NCBI GenBank assembly: GCA_047495785.1 | Contig: JBLDXI010000020.1 | Location: 1,674,001 to 1,738,000, forward strand | From: Lepidodermella squamata | Lineage: Eukaryota; Animalia; Gastrotricha | Reading direction: 5' to 3' | Length of the DNA: 64,000 nucleotides | The notes under the pieces: model-generated | The model's input: the letters and a program-made list of their open reading frames with translations, nothing else | The model's database searches: none | What the model was told of the DNA's origin: nothing | Shown: positions 13,435-25,201 of the stretch, piece after piece | Position numbering within the stretch: the first letter of the stretch is position 1 | How the letters are laid out: the number at the start of each line of letters is the position of its first letter | Position numbers and translations under genes: made by a program

Positions 13435-15033
13435 ATGTCGGAGATTATTAAGCCAGGAAGCTTTCAGTGCTCGAACGAAAAGTTAGTACTTGTACAGATT
13501 CTATTATTGGGACTGGTTTTGAATTGATAATGTTTAGGTATCGGAGGAAAATTGCTCTGAACTCCGAACTATTGGCGAGATCGAAGGTGTCATTCTTTTC
13601 CCTGGTCAAGCAGCTTTTTGTCGGCATGGTAAAATACTCTGAAAAATTCGCTTCGTTCCATATCGAATTCTTGTTTTCCTCTTATAGGATGTTACCAGAT
13701 TATGCGCCCCGATACAATTTTACGCACCCCTTTCATGGATTCAACGCGACGTGGACCATTTTATTGATGCTCACTTCCTGCATCAAGCTAGCAACGGCTC
13801 AGACCCTTTAAAACGGCTGGAAATTGTTACGGCCTTTTGCGCATCATTTCGAGGATCTGTTGCATCTTCTTCCGGGCGAGCGCTCTTCTTTTCGCCCGTT
13901 GTCGGCGAAACGTATGAGTTGATAAGGTCAGAACATTCTTTTCAGCTTTCTTCGGTAGGGTATAATGATGTCATTTCTTCAGACCCGATCTCGGCTTTCG
14001 ACTCGTTGAAGAAAGCTTAAACTACAAACCAATGGGATCAGCTATCTTCGTCGAATCAGTTGATGAGTTGGGAAATCCGAATAATTTATTCAAGGCTCAT
14101 GTTTCAGGTTGGAGTGATATTCGTTTTACTGGAAAATCTGTCTGCGCTCAGCCTCGTGGTATTTTTGAACAATTTGACTAAAAAGAAATTGCCACATCTC
14201 AATTTTTCACAGTTGGACAAATTATCATAGAGCTTCCCCAGCACGGAGAAGTATACGTAGAAAATATCACTGATTGGAAATTGGTTGTATCAAATTTTCT
14301 GCGAGGCCTAAGCAATTCGATGTTCCGATTGGAAGGTTCTGCCGAAGTCAAGCAGTATCGAAGAACGGAAAGCGGTTTCAAGCCTGAAGGCAGGAGCCTT
14401 TTGAAATTTCACCCTCCCACTAAGGGAATCGATTTTCTTGGCGGCTGGGATCCCAGGGAAGACCCGTGCTGGGCTGAGGGATTCATTGAAACTAGCTCTG
14501 GGGACCGACCTACAGCGTTATTCGGGGCTTACAACGAGGAAATGAATGCGGTTAATATGGAAACGTGGCAAGACAACGGTGGATGGGTGAAACTGAAGAA
14601 GAAATCAAGATCGAGCCAAATTTCGCTTGCTGGGCAACGAAAGCTTTGGCAGAAGAGCCATCTGATGGAAAGCGATCCGTTTTACATGAATTTGGGCCCA
14701 ATTCATATTCAGATGAACGAATTAACGCAAGAAATGGAAAGATCGCTACCGCCAACAGATTCAAGGTTTCGCTCTGATTTGAGGTTGCTCGAAAATGGAT
14801 TTATACAAGAAGCGGAAGAAGCTCGATTCGTCATTGAATCCAATCAGAAAAAACTGTTCGACCAGCGAAAGAATGAAAATGGCGAAGACACCTGGCAGCC
14901 TCTGTGGTTCAAGGAATGCAATGAGCCGCATGTTCCGGGGGTTTCTAAATTCATGAAATTTGACGAATCTTATTGGCAACGCGATTGGAGCAGGTGCCCT
15001 GAAATGAAACTCTTCAAACGACCAGCTCAATAA
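13435..15033 (+). CDS. ORD-only OSBP-related paralogue, tandem copy 1
   Basis: Short ATG exon then ORD exons with intron positions matching OSBPL1A; LPPTDSRFRSDLR and WQPLWF motifs; signature degenerate (ESLNYKPM). Confidence 0.88.
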
Positions 15034-15228
15034 ATTTCATCCATCATTATTGCAATTTATCACGTTGATCGCCTATTGTTATCGATGTTCCGATTTTTTT
15101 AATTTCGACAAATAAATTCGTGGTGCGTGCGGCCAATAGTCCTATGTCCATGAGGGTTTATTTTGAGATAAATCGAAAAATCAGCATTATTTTCAAAACT
15201 TTTAGTAAATTATGTCACCGAGACTATA

Positions 15229-16150
15229 CTTTTTTTTATTTACCAAGAATGTTCGGCCACATCACAATTTTTAATATTTAAAGACTTAGGCCTAGAGCGT
15301 TCATCTTCTGTTTGAAGAAGGGAATGTCGAATTTCGGAGGGAAGCAGTTAATTTGTAAGTTGTTCCAGGTTGTAACAATATTTTGTAATCTTGAGAATAT
15401 TTCGGTGTCGCGGCCAGTTGCTCTAGGATGATGCGCGTTGACAGGCGAGCGAAGTTTGACTTGAAAACGATGTTGTTTCGCCGATTCTCGAGATTTTGTG
15501 CGTCGCTTGGGTGTGAGCTGGAAGCGGTCGCGGATTTGTTTTGTGCCCCTTCTGCCGACGATGATCTTGTATAGGTAGCACATTACGCCGACGAATCTCC
15601 TTTCGCCCAGAGACATTAGCTTGACCCCTGTTTGGCGAGTGAAGCGGTCTTGGACGGCTTGAAGGCGGTCTAGTGTTCTTTTCGACGCGTGGGCGTAGCC
15701 AATCATGCCGGACCATAGACATAATTTAAATCTTAAATTATGTCTATGTGCCGGACTCAAGTATTGGCAGGGCGTGCGTTTTGAATGCGTTTCCCAGCTG
15801 CCATAGCGCTAGGAATGGGCGGAGGCGAAGCAGCTGGGTCACAATCGTGTTAGCTCGCGCTACCAGTTTCGTCACACATGACTCCATAGAGAGTGCCGGG
15901 TCGAGAGTGAGGCCGAGTAGGACAGTCGGGTCGCAAGTCGGTTGTTGTTCCTCAGGCGTTGCCGGTTCCCCTACTTTCCGTCTGCCACTTCGAAATCTCG
16001 GGTAGCTGAAGGTTGTGTCGAGTGTCGACCCTCTTCTTGGGGTCCATAGAGACACGATTGGCACCCGCCCAGGCTGTGGCGCGACGTTCACCTTTCTCGA
16101 CTTATACTGGGGGTAGTCAATCACGGCGGATCGAATGGCACCGGCCATTT
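15229..16150 (-). mobile_element. Truncated or internally deleted non-LTR retrotransposon (CR1/L2-like RT C-terminus) with A-rich tail
   Basis: ORFs 15744-16148 and 15278-15760 give LLGLTLDPALSM...LPILESGMIGYAHAS...LQAVQDRF...SLGERR...WNNL, typical of the RT C-terminal region; AATAAA and an A-tract near 15229-15241. Confidence 0.8.
15714..15748. mobile_element. 35-bp palindromic P-superfamily-like footprint with 8-bp TSD TGCCGGAC
   Basis: CATAGACATAATTTAA-atc-TTAAATTATGTCTATG flanked by TGCCGGAC at 15706-15713 and 15749-15756; removing it restores the LINE reading frame. Confidence 0.8.
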
Positions 16151-16896
16151 GGACCGCTATCGCTATCGCGCAATTAGTACATGCGTTGCGTTCTGGTTAA
16201 TGGTTTTTGTTAGGTCGCGGTTCGATTCCTCCTGCTCACCGCTCACATCCATTTGTTAAGCTATTTTATTTTTATGCGTGAACAAAGAGGATTGATTTTT
16301 CTCTTGGCAAAAAAATCGCACTGCTGTTGTTCGATTCCTCATGCATGCTTATACTTTTTGGCTATTTTGAAATCACCAATTTGCTGCGAATTTTAGGATG
16401 TGGTTTTCAGATTATTGACGAGCATGAAAAACTGAGATAGAAACTGTAAAAATCTCATTTTCGATTTTGGATGGACATGGGACTATAGGCCGCACGCAAT
16501 ACGAATTAAAGCCTTCGATGAGCTTGCCTCTTTCTTCATATCACGGCTCGTATGGAAATTTACTGGTGGAAATTTGACCGAAATATACTTGCGTTTCCTT
16601 AATACCTTCTCAAAAGGCGCTTTACTGAATCTTTTGTCATTATTATCGGGCGGAAAATGGCACGAGTGCACACAAAATTAATTGTATAGCCAAGGTAGCG
16701 TGGGCAAAAAACTGTACATGTACAAAAAACTTGACAAAACTTGATATTGTTGATGATTTATACGGTGTAGTGTGTAGTGGAAGGGGGCGGGGTAGGCGTT
16801 ACCTCCCACCATCAATATATATGAACCCGTTATTGAAGTAATTTATGCTAGAACATAAGCAATCCCATAACTACCAAAACTAATCTGCCTATAATC

Positions 16897-18502
16897 ATGT
16901 CGGCTATCGATGAGGTTATCAGTCGAGGAAATTTTCAAAGTTCGAATGGAATGTAGGTTCTTGGGTCTCAAATTTAATTCGAACTGACTGTAAATTGTTG
17001 AACATTTCTAGGTATCGGAAGAAAATGGCGATCAATTCTGAGCTGCTGAATGAATCGAAGGCTTCACTTTACTCCCTGATGAAACAGCTTTTCGTCGGCA
17101 TGGTAAGCAATTTACTGCTTCATTGCTCCTGAAATACGCTGATTTATTTATCATCAGGATGTGAGCCGCCTATGCGGTCCAATAAAATTCTATGCTCCCT
17201 TGTCATGGTTACAACGCGACGCAGATCATTTCATCGACGCGCGCCTGCTGCATCAGGCTAGCAATTGCTCAGACCCTTTGCAACGCCTGGAAATTGTCAC
17301 CGCCTTTTGCGCATCATACCGAGGATCTATCGTATCCTCAACAGGACGGGCGCTATTATTCTCCCCTATTGTGGGCGAAACTTTTGAGCTCAGCAGGTCA
17401 GAAAATTTCATTATACGTATAAGCAGGTCTCAATAATTTTTAATTGTCAAGGCCTGATCTCGGCTATCGACTCGTCGCAGAATGTCTGGGGTACAAACCA
17501 ATGACGTTTGCTGTTTTCGCAGAATCGATTGATAAATCTGGGAAACCAAACAATTTGTTCAAAGTTCATGTTGGAGGATTCAGTGATATTCAATTTAGCG
17601 GGAAAGCTGTTTCTGCACAGCCGCATAGTAAGTTTCAAATTTACAATAATATAAATTCGCCTAAACATATTTCATGAACAGTAAAAATAGTGATTGAGCT
17701 TCCCAAGCACGACGAAGTCTACATCGAAGATAACAGTAGCTGGAAAATGTTGGTATCGAACTTTCTACGAGGCGTAAACAATACGCGGTTCCGGTTAGAA
17801 GGATCTGCCGAAATCCAGCAGTATCGAAAAACCGAGAGCGGTTTCAAGCCTGAAGGCAGGAGCTTCCTGAAATTCCATCCACCCACGAAGGGGATCGATT
17901 TCCTTGGTGGCTGGGATCCCCGGGAAGACCCATGCTGGGCTGACGGATTTATCGAGACTAGCTCAGGCGACAAGGCAACAGCGTTATTCGGGGCTTATAC
18001 CGTCGAAATGAATGCAGTTGATATGGAATCGTGGCAAAACAATGGTGGATGGATGAAATTGAAGAAAAGATGCAAATCGAGCCAAATTTCGCTTCCTGCG
18101 CAACGAAAGCTCTGGCAGAAGAGCCCTATGATGGAAAGCGATCCGTTTTACATGAATTTAGGTCTATTTCATATTCAAATGAACGAATTAACTCCTGAAA
18201 TGGAAGGAAAGCTGCCGCCAACGGATTCAAGGTACCGCTCTGATTTGAGTTTGCTCGAAAATGGATTCATACAAGAAGCCGAAGAGGCTCGATTCGTCAT
18301 TGAATCCAATCAGAAAAAACTGTTCGACCAGCGGAAGAATGAAAATGGCGAGGATACCTGGCAGCCCCTGTGGTTCAAGGAATGCGAAGAAGAGCCGAAT
18401 TTTCCAGGGGTGTCTAAATACTGGAAATTTGATGAATCTTATTGGCAACGGGATTGGAGCAGGTGCCCTGAAATGAAACTCTTCAAACGACCAGCTCAAT
18501 AA
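16897..18502 (+). CDS. ORD-only OSBP-related paralogue, tandem copy 2
   Basis: Same exon structure as copy 1 with high similarity; signature ECLGYKPM. Confidence 0.88.
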
Positions 18503-18940
18503 ATTTCATCTGTTATTGTCAATTTTTCACTTTGATCGCCACGTAGCTATTATCGATGAGATTAAGATTTTATCAAGTTTGGCAAATAAATAATGATGTT
18601 TTAGCGTGCATCACCTGCATAATGGGGTCTGTATGCGGAATTTTGACGTGGCATTGTGACCGAAATGTATTTGCGTTTCCTTAACTTTTCAAAAAATACT
18701 TTTTAAAACTTTTTTGTCATTAGATATCGGGCAGAATATTGTTCGAGTATTTATGTTAGCCAAGGTAGCGCGGCAAAAACTACACAATTTTAAAATGTTC
18801 ATGATTAATGAGGTATAGTGGAAGTGGGCCGGGATGGAGTTGGCGTTACCTCCCAATATATGAACACTTATTGAAGTTGTTATATTGCTAATTTATGCTA
18901 AACCATAAAAGCAAGCCGAAATACTTGAAACTACCTAATC

Positions 18941-20521
18941 ATGTCGGCCATCAATCGACGAAATGTTCAGAGTTCAAACGAAAAGTCAGTTATTAGGGCG
19001 CATACTATTTGGATTGATTGAACAAATGTTTAGCTATCGGAAGAAAATGGCAATAAACTCTGAGCTGCTGAATGAATCGAAGGCATCATTTTATTCGCTG
19101 ATCAAACAGCTTTTCGTCGGAATGGTAATCAATTTCTTATATGTTACGTTGTTCCTGAAATGATTTATTTTTCATCAGGATGTTAGCCGCCTATGCGGTC
19201 CAATAAAATTCTACGTTCCTTTGTCATGGTTACAACGCGACGCAGATCATTTCATCGACGCACGCCTGCTGCATCAGGCTAGCAATTGCTCAGACCCTCT
19301 GCAACGCCTGGAATTCGTATCGATCTTCTGCGCATCATATCGTGGATCTGTTGCATCCTCGACAGGGAGGGCGCTCTTTTTTTCCCCGATTGTAGGCGAA
19401 ACTTTCGAGCTCATCAGGTCAGACAATGTTTTATGTAACCAGGTCAATAATTCTAATTTGATTTGTTAAGACCCGATCTCGGCTATCGACTCGTCGCAGA
19501 ATGCCTGGACTACAAACCAATGACGTTTGCTGTTTTTGCAGAATCGATTGATGAGTTTGGAAAAGCAAACGATTTGTTCAAGGTTCACGTTGGAGGGTTC
19601 AGTGATATTCATTTTAGCGGGAAAGCTGTTTCTGCGCATCCGAATGGTAAGCTTTCGATTAACAGTTAAAACTCGTACAAATTGTCATCTCTTATAAAAA
19701 CAGTGAAAATAATCATTGAGCTTCCCAAGCACGGCGAAGTCTACATCGAAGATAACAGTAGCTGGAAAATGTTGGTATCGAACTTTCTACGAGGCGTAAA
19801 CAATACGCGGTTCCGGTTAGAAGGATCTGCCGAAATCAAGCAGTATCGAAAAACCGAGAGCGGTTTCAAGTTTGAAGGCAGGAGCTTCCTGAAATTTCAC
19901 CCTCCCACGAAGGGGATCGACTTACTTGGCGGCTGGGATCCACGGGAAGACCCAAGCTGGGCCGAAGGGTTCATCGAGACTAGCTCAGGCGACCGGCCAA
20001 CTGCTTTATTCGGGGCTTACAACGTCGAATTGAACGCAGTTGACATGGAAACGTGGCAAGACAACGGTGGATGGGTTAAACTGAAGAAGAAATCAAAATC
20101 GACCCAAATTTCGCTTGCTGGGCAACGAAAGGTTTGGCAGAAGAGCCATCTGATCGAAAGCGACCCATTTTACATGAACTTGGGCCCAATTCATATTCAG
20201 ATGAACGAATTAACACCAGAAATGGAAAGATCGCTGCCACCAACGGATTCAAGGTTTCGCTCTGACTTGAGGTTGTTCGAAAACGGTTCACTGCAAGAAG
20301 CGGAGGAGGCCAGATTCGTCATTGAATCCAATCAGAAAATACTGTTCGACCAGCGAAAGAATGAAAATGGCGAGGATACCTGGCAGCCTCTGTGGTTCAA
20401 GGAATGCAATGAGCCGCATGTTCCGGGGGTTCCTAAATTCATGAAATTTGACGAATCTTATTGGCAACGAGATTGGACTCGGTGTCCGGAGCTCAAACTC
20501 TTCAAGCGCCCAACCCACTAA
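18941..20521 (+). CDS. ORD-only OSBP-related paralogue, tandem copy 3
   Basis: Same exon structure as copies 1 and 2; signature ECLDYKPM. Confidence 0.88.
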
Positions 20522-20907
20522 ATTTCAGTTACCTGATAATATTATTGCATTTTTATGTAGATTGCCAAGGTTTTATTTTGATATTGTCGATGGCATCGAT
20601 TGCATCGATTTTGTTAAATTTTCCTCTATCAAGTTTCCATTTTTTTCGTCTCGTATCCCGCGAAAATCAGGTGCAAATTAGGGTTTGTTTGTTTGGGTTG
20701 AAATACTATCGAAATATTCTCGCGGTCAAAAAAATGACATTATGGACACCTACCTAACCTCTTACTATAACGAAGATTGAACGTGCGCTGGATGTTACAA
20801 ACAAACAAATGGCGTAGGCTGCTCAGGTGCAAGACACATCGTTATACACATAGAATAAACTAGCGGTACGAATATTATATAAAAATAATAAGAATAAGAA
20901 GGAAACA

Positions 20908-23863
20908 ATGGCTTTGGCTGAGAATAAAAGAACTACGGCGAAATTTGTGAATGAAAATTACGAGCTCATAAGGTTGAATCATTTTTATTTTCATATTTAC
21001 TAACATTTTTACGCATTGTTTTGCCGTCATTTTCAGGGCAACGCTACAAGGTTCAAGTTAAGCTACTAGTCAGGTAAATATAACGTTACCTTATAAGTTC
21101 AAAATGCGTGGGTTGTGCACACGTTAAGCGTGGAGGTCGACTTTTTATCGCATGTCTTCCATTCATGAAAAATGATTTCTATTAGGAAAAAATGAACCGG
21201 ACCGATCAGACTTTTGATTAAGTCGCTATTATTATAAGCCTGCTTTACTATCATCCGACCAAGATTGTTTGATTATTTCTCTTCTACCACCAAGTAACAA
21301 TACCGCATTTGCTGAACACTAACCCCGCCGTTTACTGCCCTGTCTCTCTTAATATACCCCAGGTAAGACGCACACCGCCAATGAATAAGCCTACCGCAAA
21401 CATGCTTCAAAGGCAACGGTTGTATATAGCCCATTAGAGCAGTGGTTCGCAACGTTTTGAGCTGTCCCCGGCACTAGAAAGAAACGTTCTTGACGCTTGG
21501 CAGGCAAAACTGGGTAAAATCGCTCTTTTTAGAAACAAAATTTCTACCTCTTTATTTGAATTCGTTCAAATCACGTTCCAAAGAACCATAAGCAGGGTAC
21601 TATTCTGAAGCTGGCTTTACTTGAACTATACAGCTAAGAATGAATCAATAGATCTATTATGAACTTATCGGATAAATCTTTCTTGCTGCATAAGGACCAC
21701 TCATGTAAGATCGGATTTCGCGTGTTATTTTATGGCTGTTTTATTCAAGGGTAGCCCAATTCTGAAGCTCATCTTTTGAAAATAGAGCTGTAAAGAAGAC
21801 TTAATTACCCGAAAATCTGTGATGATTACAGCTGTCATCCGTTGCCTAAGCTAGAGACATCTGAAATACGCCACTGGTTGCTTTACTCTTGATCCTAACG
21901 AAAATTATTTTAGTTCTGCTTTTAGGTTGGCAATAATGTTAATAACGGCTTCATGTAAAGAGGAGCATTCCAATAATGCGAAGTGCGAAAAGTGCGGCCT
22001 GACCTACGAACTTTGCTCAGACGGAAAATTGTAAGAAACTTCAAGCCTTCAATAATTTCAAATTAAAAAAATCAATTTTGAAATTTAAGGCGGCGAACTA
22101 CGTTACCTGCGACGGTTCACGAACGTCGAAACAGCGGAAATATGTTCATGAATTTCATCAAAAAGCTAATTGGTGTGGTAAGTTTATCTTGTAATAAAAA
22201 ATATCGCAATTTTTAACAGCTTCTCCTCATTTAGGAACTCACGAAAGCTGGCTTTCCCGTTAGCTTTTTCGAGCCAGGTGATTGGCTCCATCGACTACCC
22301 GAACAGCTTCGTTACGTCGATATGCTTCGCCATGCAAGCGATTTGCAATGCCCTTATGATAGGATGGCGGTGAGATATAAATTACATCTCGAAAACTGCC
22401 ATTAATCTGAGATTTTTCTTTAGAATGTTGTGAGTGTGGTGATTTCAATGATGTCAGTGCTGGTCAACTCAGACCGAGTGATGGCTATAAATCCCGTTCT
22501 CGGCGAAACTTTCGAAGTTTGCAGGTATGAGAATCATGGAAAATTCCAGCTTCAAGTCATTATTTTCTTCCCATTCAGGCCCGATTATGGCTTTAGATTT
22601 GTTGCAGAGCAAACTAGCCATCATCCACCCGCAAATGCCTATTACGTCGAATCAGTGAATCAGTAAGCTCTCGAACCTTTTTTACCCGAATTTCGCAAAT
22701 TTGTGTCTTACAGTAAGGGTGAGCCTGACGGCGTGTATCGCGGCTACGGAAATTCAACGGCAACTGCCCGATTCACTGGAACTACGATTGAAGTATTCCC
22801 AAGAGGTAGATGAGCCTATTGAGTTTTTTCGGTCCAGATTCTACGCTAATTTCTATTAGGATTTTACACATTCGAGCTGCTCAAGCATCAAGAAGCTTAT
22901 ACCCTCGATCCTTCGAAGGTCACTGTGGTCATAAGCAATTTGATTCGAGGCCCGGAACGCTTCAAGCACCGCGCCGAAGGTGAAACTTCATACGAACGTC
23001 ACATGATGACACCCGAGCTGCGAGCAAAGGACGAAGGCGTCAGGGCAAATCTAAAATTCTTCGCACCACTCGGCGGTGTTGGCTTTTTCGGCAACTGGGA
23101 CGAAATGGCTGACCCTTCTTACAGCGAAGGCTACGTTGAAAACGGAAAGGGCGAGAAAAAACTTGTTCTTTTCGGCAAATACAACTACGAAATATATTCA
23201 GTTCCCGTTGATATTTGGAATGAACGAGGTCCCTGGGGAAAGGCTTTGGCTGAAAAGAAGAGCGAACATCACAAAAAACCGAAGAAAAAAGAAGCCAAAA
23301 CTGACTACTCGTTAATCACTGGCCTCAGCCCTGAAGGTCTTGCATTGTTCGACTTCGCGTTGCCGCATCAAAAACTGTTATGGAGGAAAGATCCCCTTCC
23401 CAGTAGTTCGTTGGATTATTTCAGAATGACGAAATTCGCCATGCAGCTCAACGAACTTGCTCACCACCCCAACCTGCCCCCGACAGATACTCGGTTCCGG
23501 CAGGACATTAGAGCGATGGAACTTGGTGATATTGACACATCAGCCCGCGAGAAGCATGTGATTGAGGAACGGCAACGAGCAAGCTTGCGAGAGCGACTCG
23601 CCGCGGCTGGCAAAAAAACGGGCGAAACTGATCCGTGGCAACCGGTTTGGTTTCGATTGGAACCGCATCCGCACTCGGAAAAGCTCGGCAAAGTTTGGAT
23701 GTTCACCGGCGAGTACTACAAGCGGGACTGGTCGAAATGCCCGGATCTTGCCTTCGTCATCCCCGACGAAAGTGTCAAACCTGCGCCAAGCGATAAAAAA
23801 GTTGTTAAAATTTGTCCGGCGAATGGGGATACGAAAAAGAAGCACAAATCTGGGAAAAAATAG
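20908..23863 (+). CDS. ORD-only OSBP-related paralogue, copy 4 (more divergent; start at 20908 or 21936)
   Basis: ORD exons with [32 protein letters not shown] and IEERQR; lysine-rich C-terminal tail. Confidence 0.85.
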
Positions 23864-24118
23864 CGCCATTTAAAATATTTTCTTTAAATAATAATATATA
23901 TTTTATTCTGAAATCACGTGCCCTGATATATCTACCTATCTACGATAAATGTGGTGTTTTATTTTCAATTCTGTGCACTTTCCATCATACCATTTAAGAA
24001 CTTCAAAGTCGGCCACATTCAACAAATAAAAATAATATTAATTTGTAGGTAGCAATTTTCACAAATTTTTCAGTAACCTTTGCTTTTATTTCTCCGTAAC
24101 AAAAAAAACAGGTAAAAA

Positions 24119-25140
24119 TCAATGATCAGGAGCAGTACAAAATAGTTGAAGCAATGAATCGGTTGATGGAGGAATTTTCGAAGCAGATGTTTTCAGATGA
24201 ACGGCTCTCAGCAGTCTCAGAAGGGACGATGCGTCAAGGATCGGTTCCTTTGAACCCTAAAATATCGCAAAATTCGTAATTAAATCAATAAAAAAGTATT
24301 TGAATCACCTCTTTTGATAATAGTTTCATTATTTTCTGCACCTTGTCCAAGCGACATTCTCGTTGCGATTTTAGGAAATCAGCCTCCTTAACCTCAGACT
24401 CAAGTTTATCGCTAAATTTTCCGACGTATGTTTCAATAACTTTCCGAAATGATTCATTTTTCGGCGAAACAATGCTATAAGTCGCGAGAAGCTGCCGCCT
24501 GGCTTTAGTTGTCGGATCACTGATGTAAGATTTCACCTCGTCAACAAATGCCGAAACGCCCTCTTTCGAAACTTCAGCCACTGAAAAATGCTAAATAAAA
24601 AAAGTAATTAAATTCGATAACAAAACATATTTCTATTCACCATTCTTTCCTCCTGGCTATCGCTTGATTCAAAATAACAATTCAGCAAATTGTCAACTTC
24701 TCTCATCGGTAGATCCTTCTCAATGGCAAGCATTATGATCTGAAAATGAAAAAAAAATAGTAGAAAAAGTATTTTCCGCCGTAAAAGTACTCGAATTCTC
24801 AGCCCGAAAACCACTTTCGTTCGATGTCTCACAGCAACAGCATCCGGCCAAGTTCGATACAGACCCTGGGCAAATTTCAAAGCTTCCTCGACATCCTTGA
24901 TGTTGGCAGACATTGATAAACGCGTTAACGAAGCTAAACCAAGACGGATGACAGTCAATCGATCGAACAGAGCCGGATCTAGGTGTGGATGAACCTTGGC
25001 TATTTCTATAAGAAAACGCATAGATATCGAATTTTCGGGTAAATTGCTCAAAAACCATCTAAAACTGCGTAGATTTTATGCTTCAGCGCGTATTCAATAA
25101 TCCAAACTTCGATTTCGTCGCAAATCTCGTGGTCACTCAT
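24119..25140 (-). CDS. TINF2: TIN2 (TINF2 N-terminal domain)-like shelterin component; 5 exons
   Basis: VEEALKFAQGLYRTWPDAVAVRHRTKVVFGLRIR-IIMLAIEKDLPMREVDNLLNCYFES resembles recalled human TIN2 [63 protein letters not shown]; short GT-AG introns keep the frame. Confidence 0.65.
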
Positions 25141-25201
25141 TTTAAAAGTAAATAGGTACCTTTGATAAATTAGAAAATTTATTTTGTCAGTAAAATTTAT
25201 A

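Noticed and set aside
16195-16235. GGTTCGATTCC B-box suggesting a tRNA gene
   Set aside because: No cloverleaf and A-to-B box spacing too short; at most a decayed SINE head.
21440-21470. hAT-like terminus CAGTGGTTCGCAAC
   Set aside because: No matching right end or TSD found.
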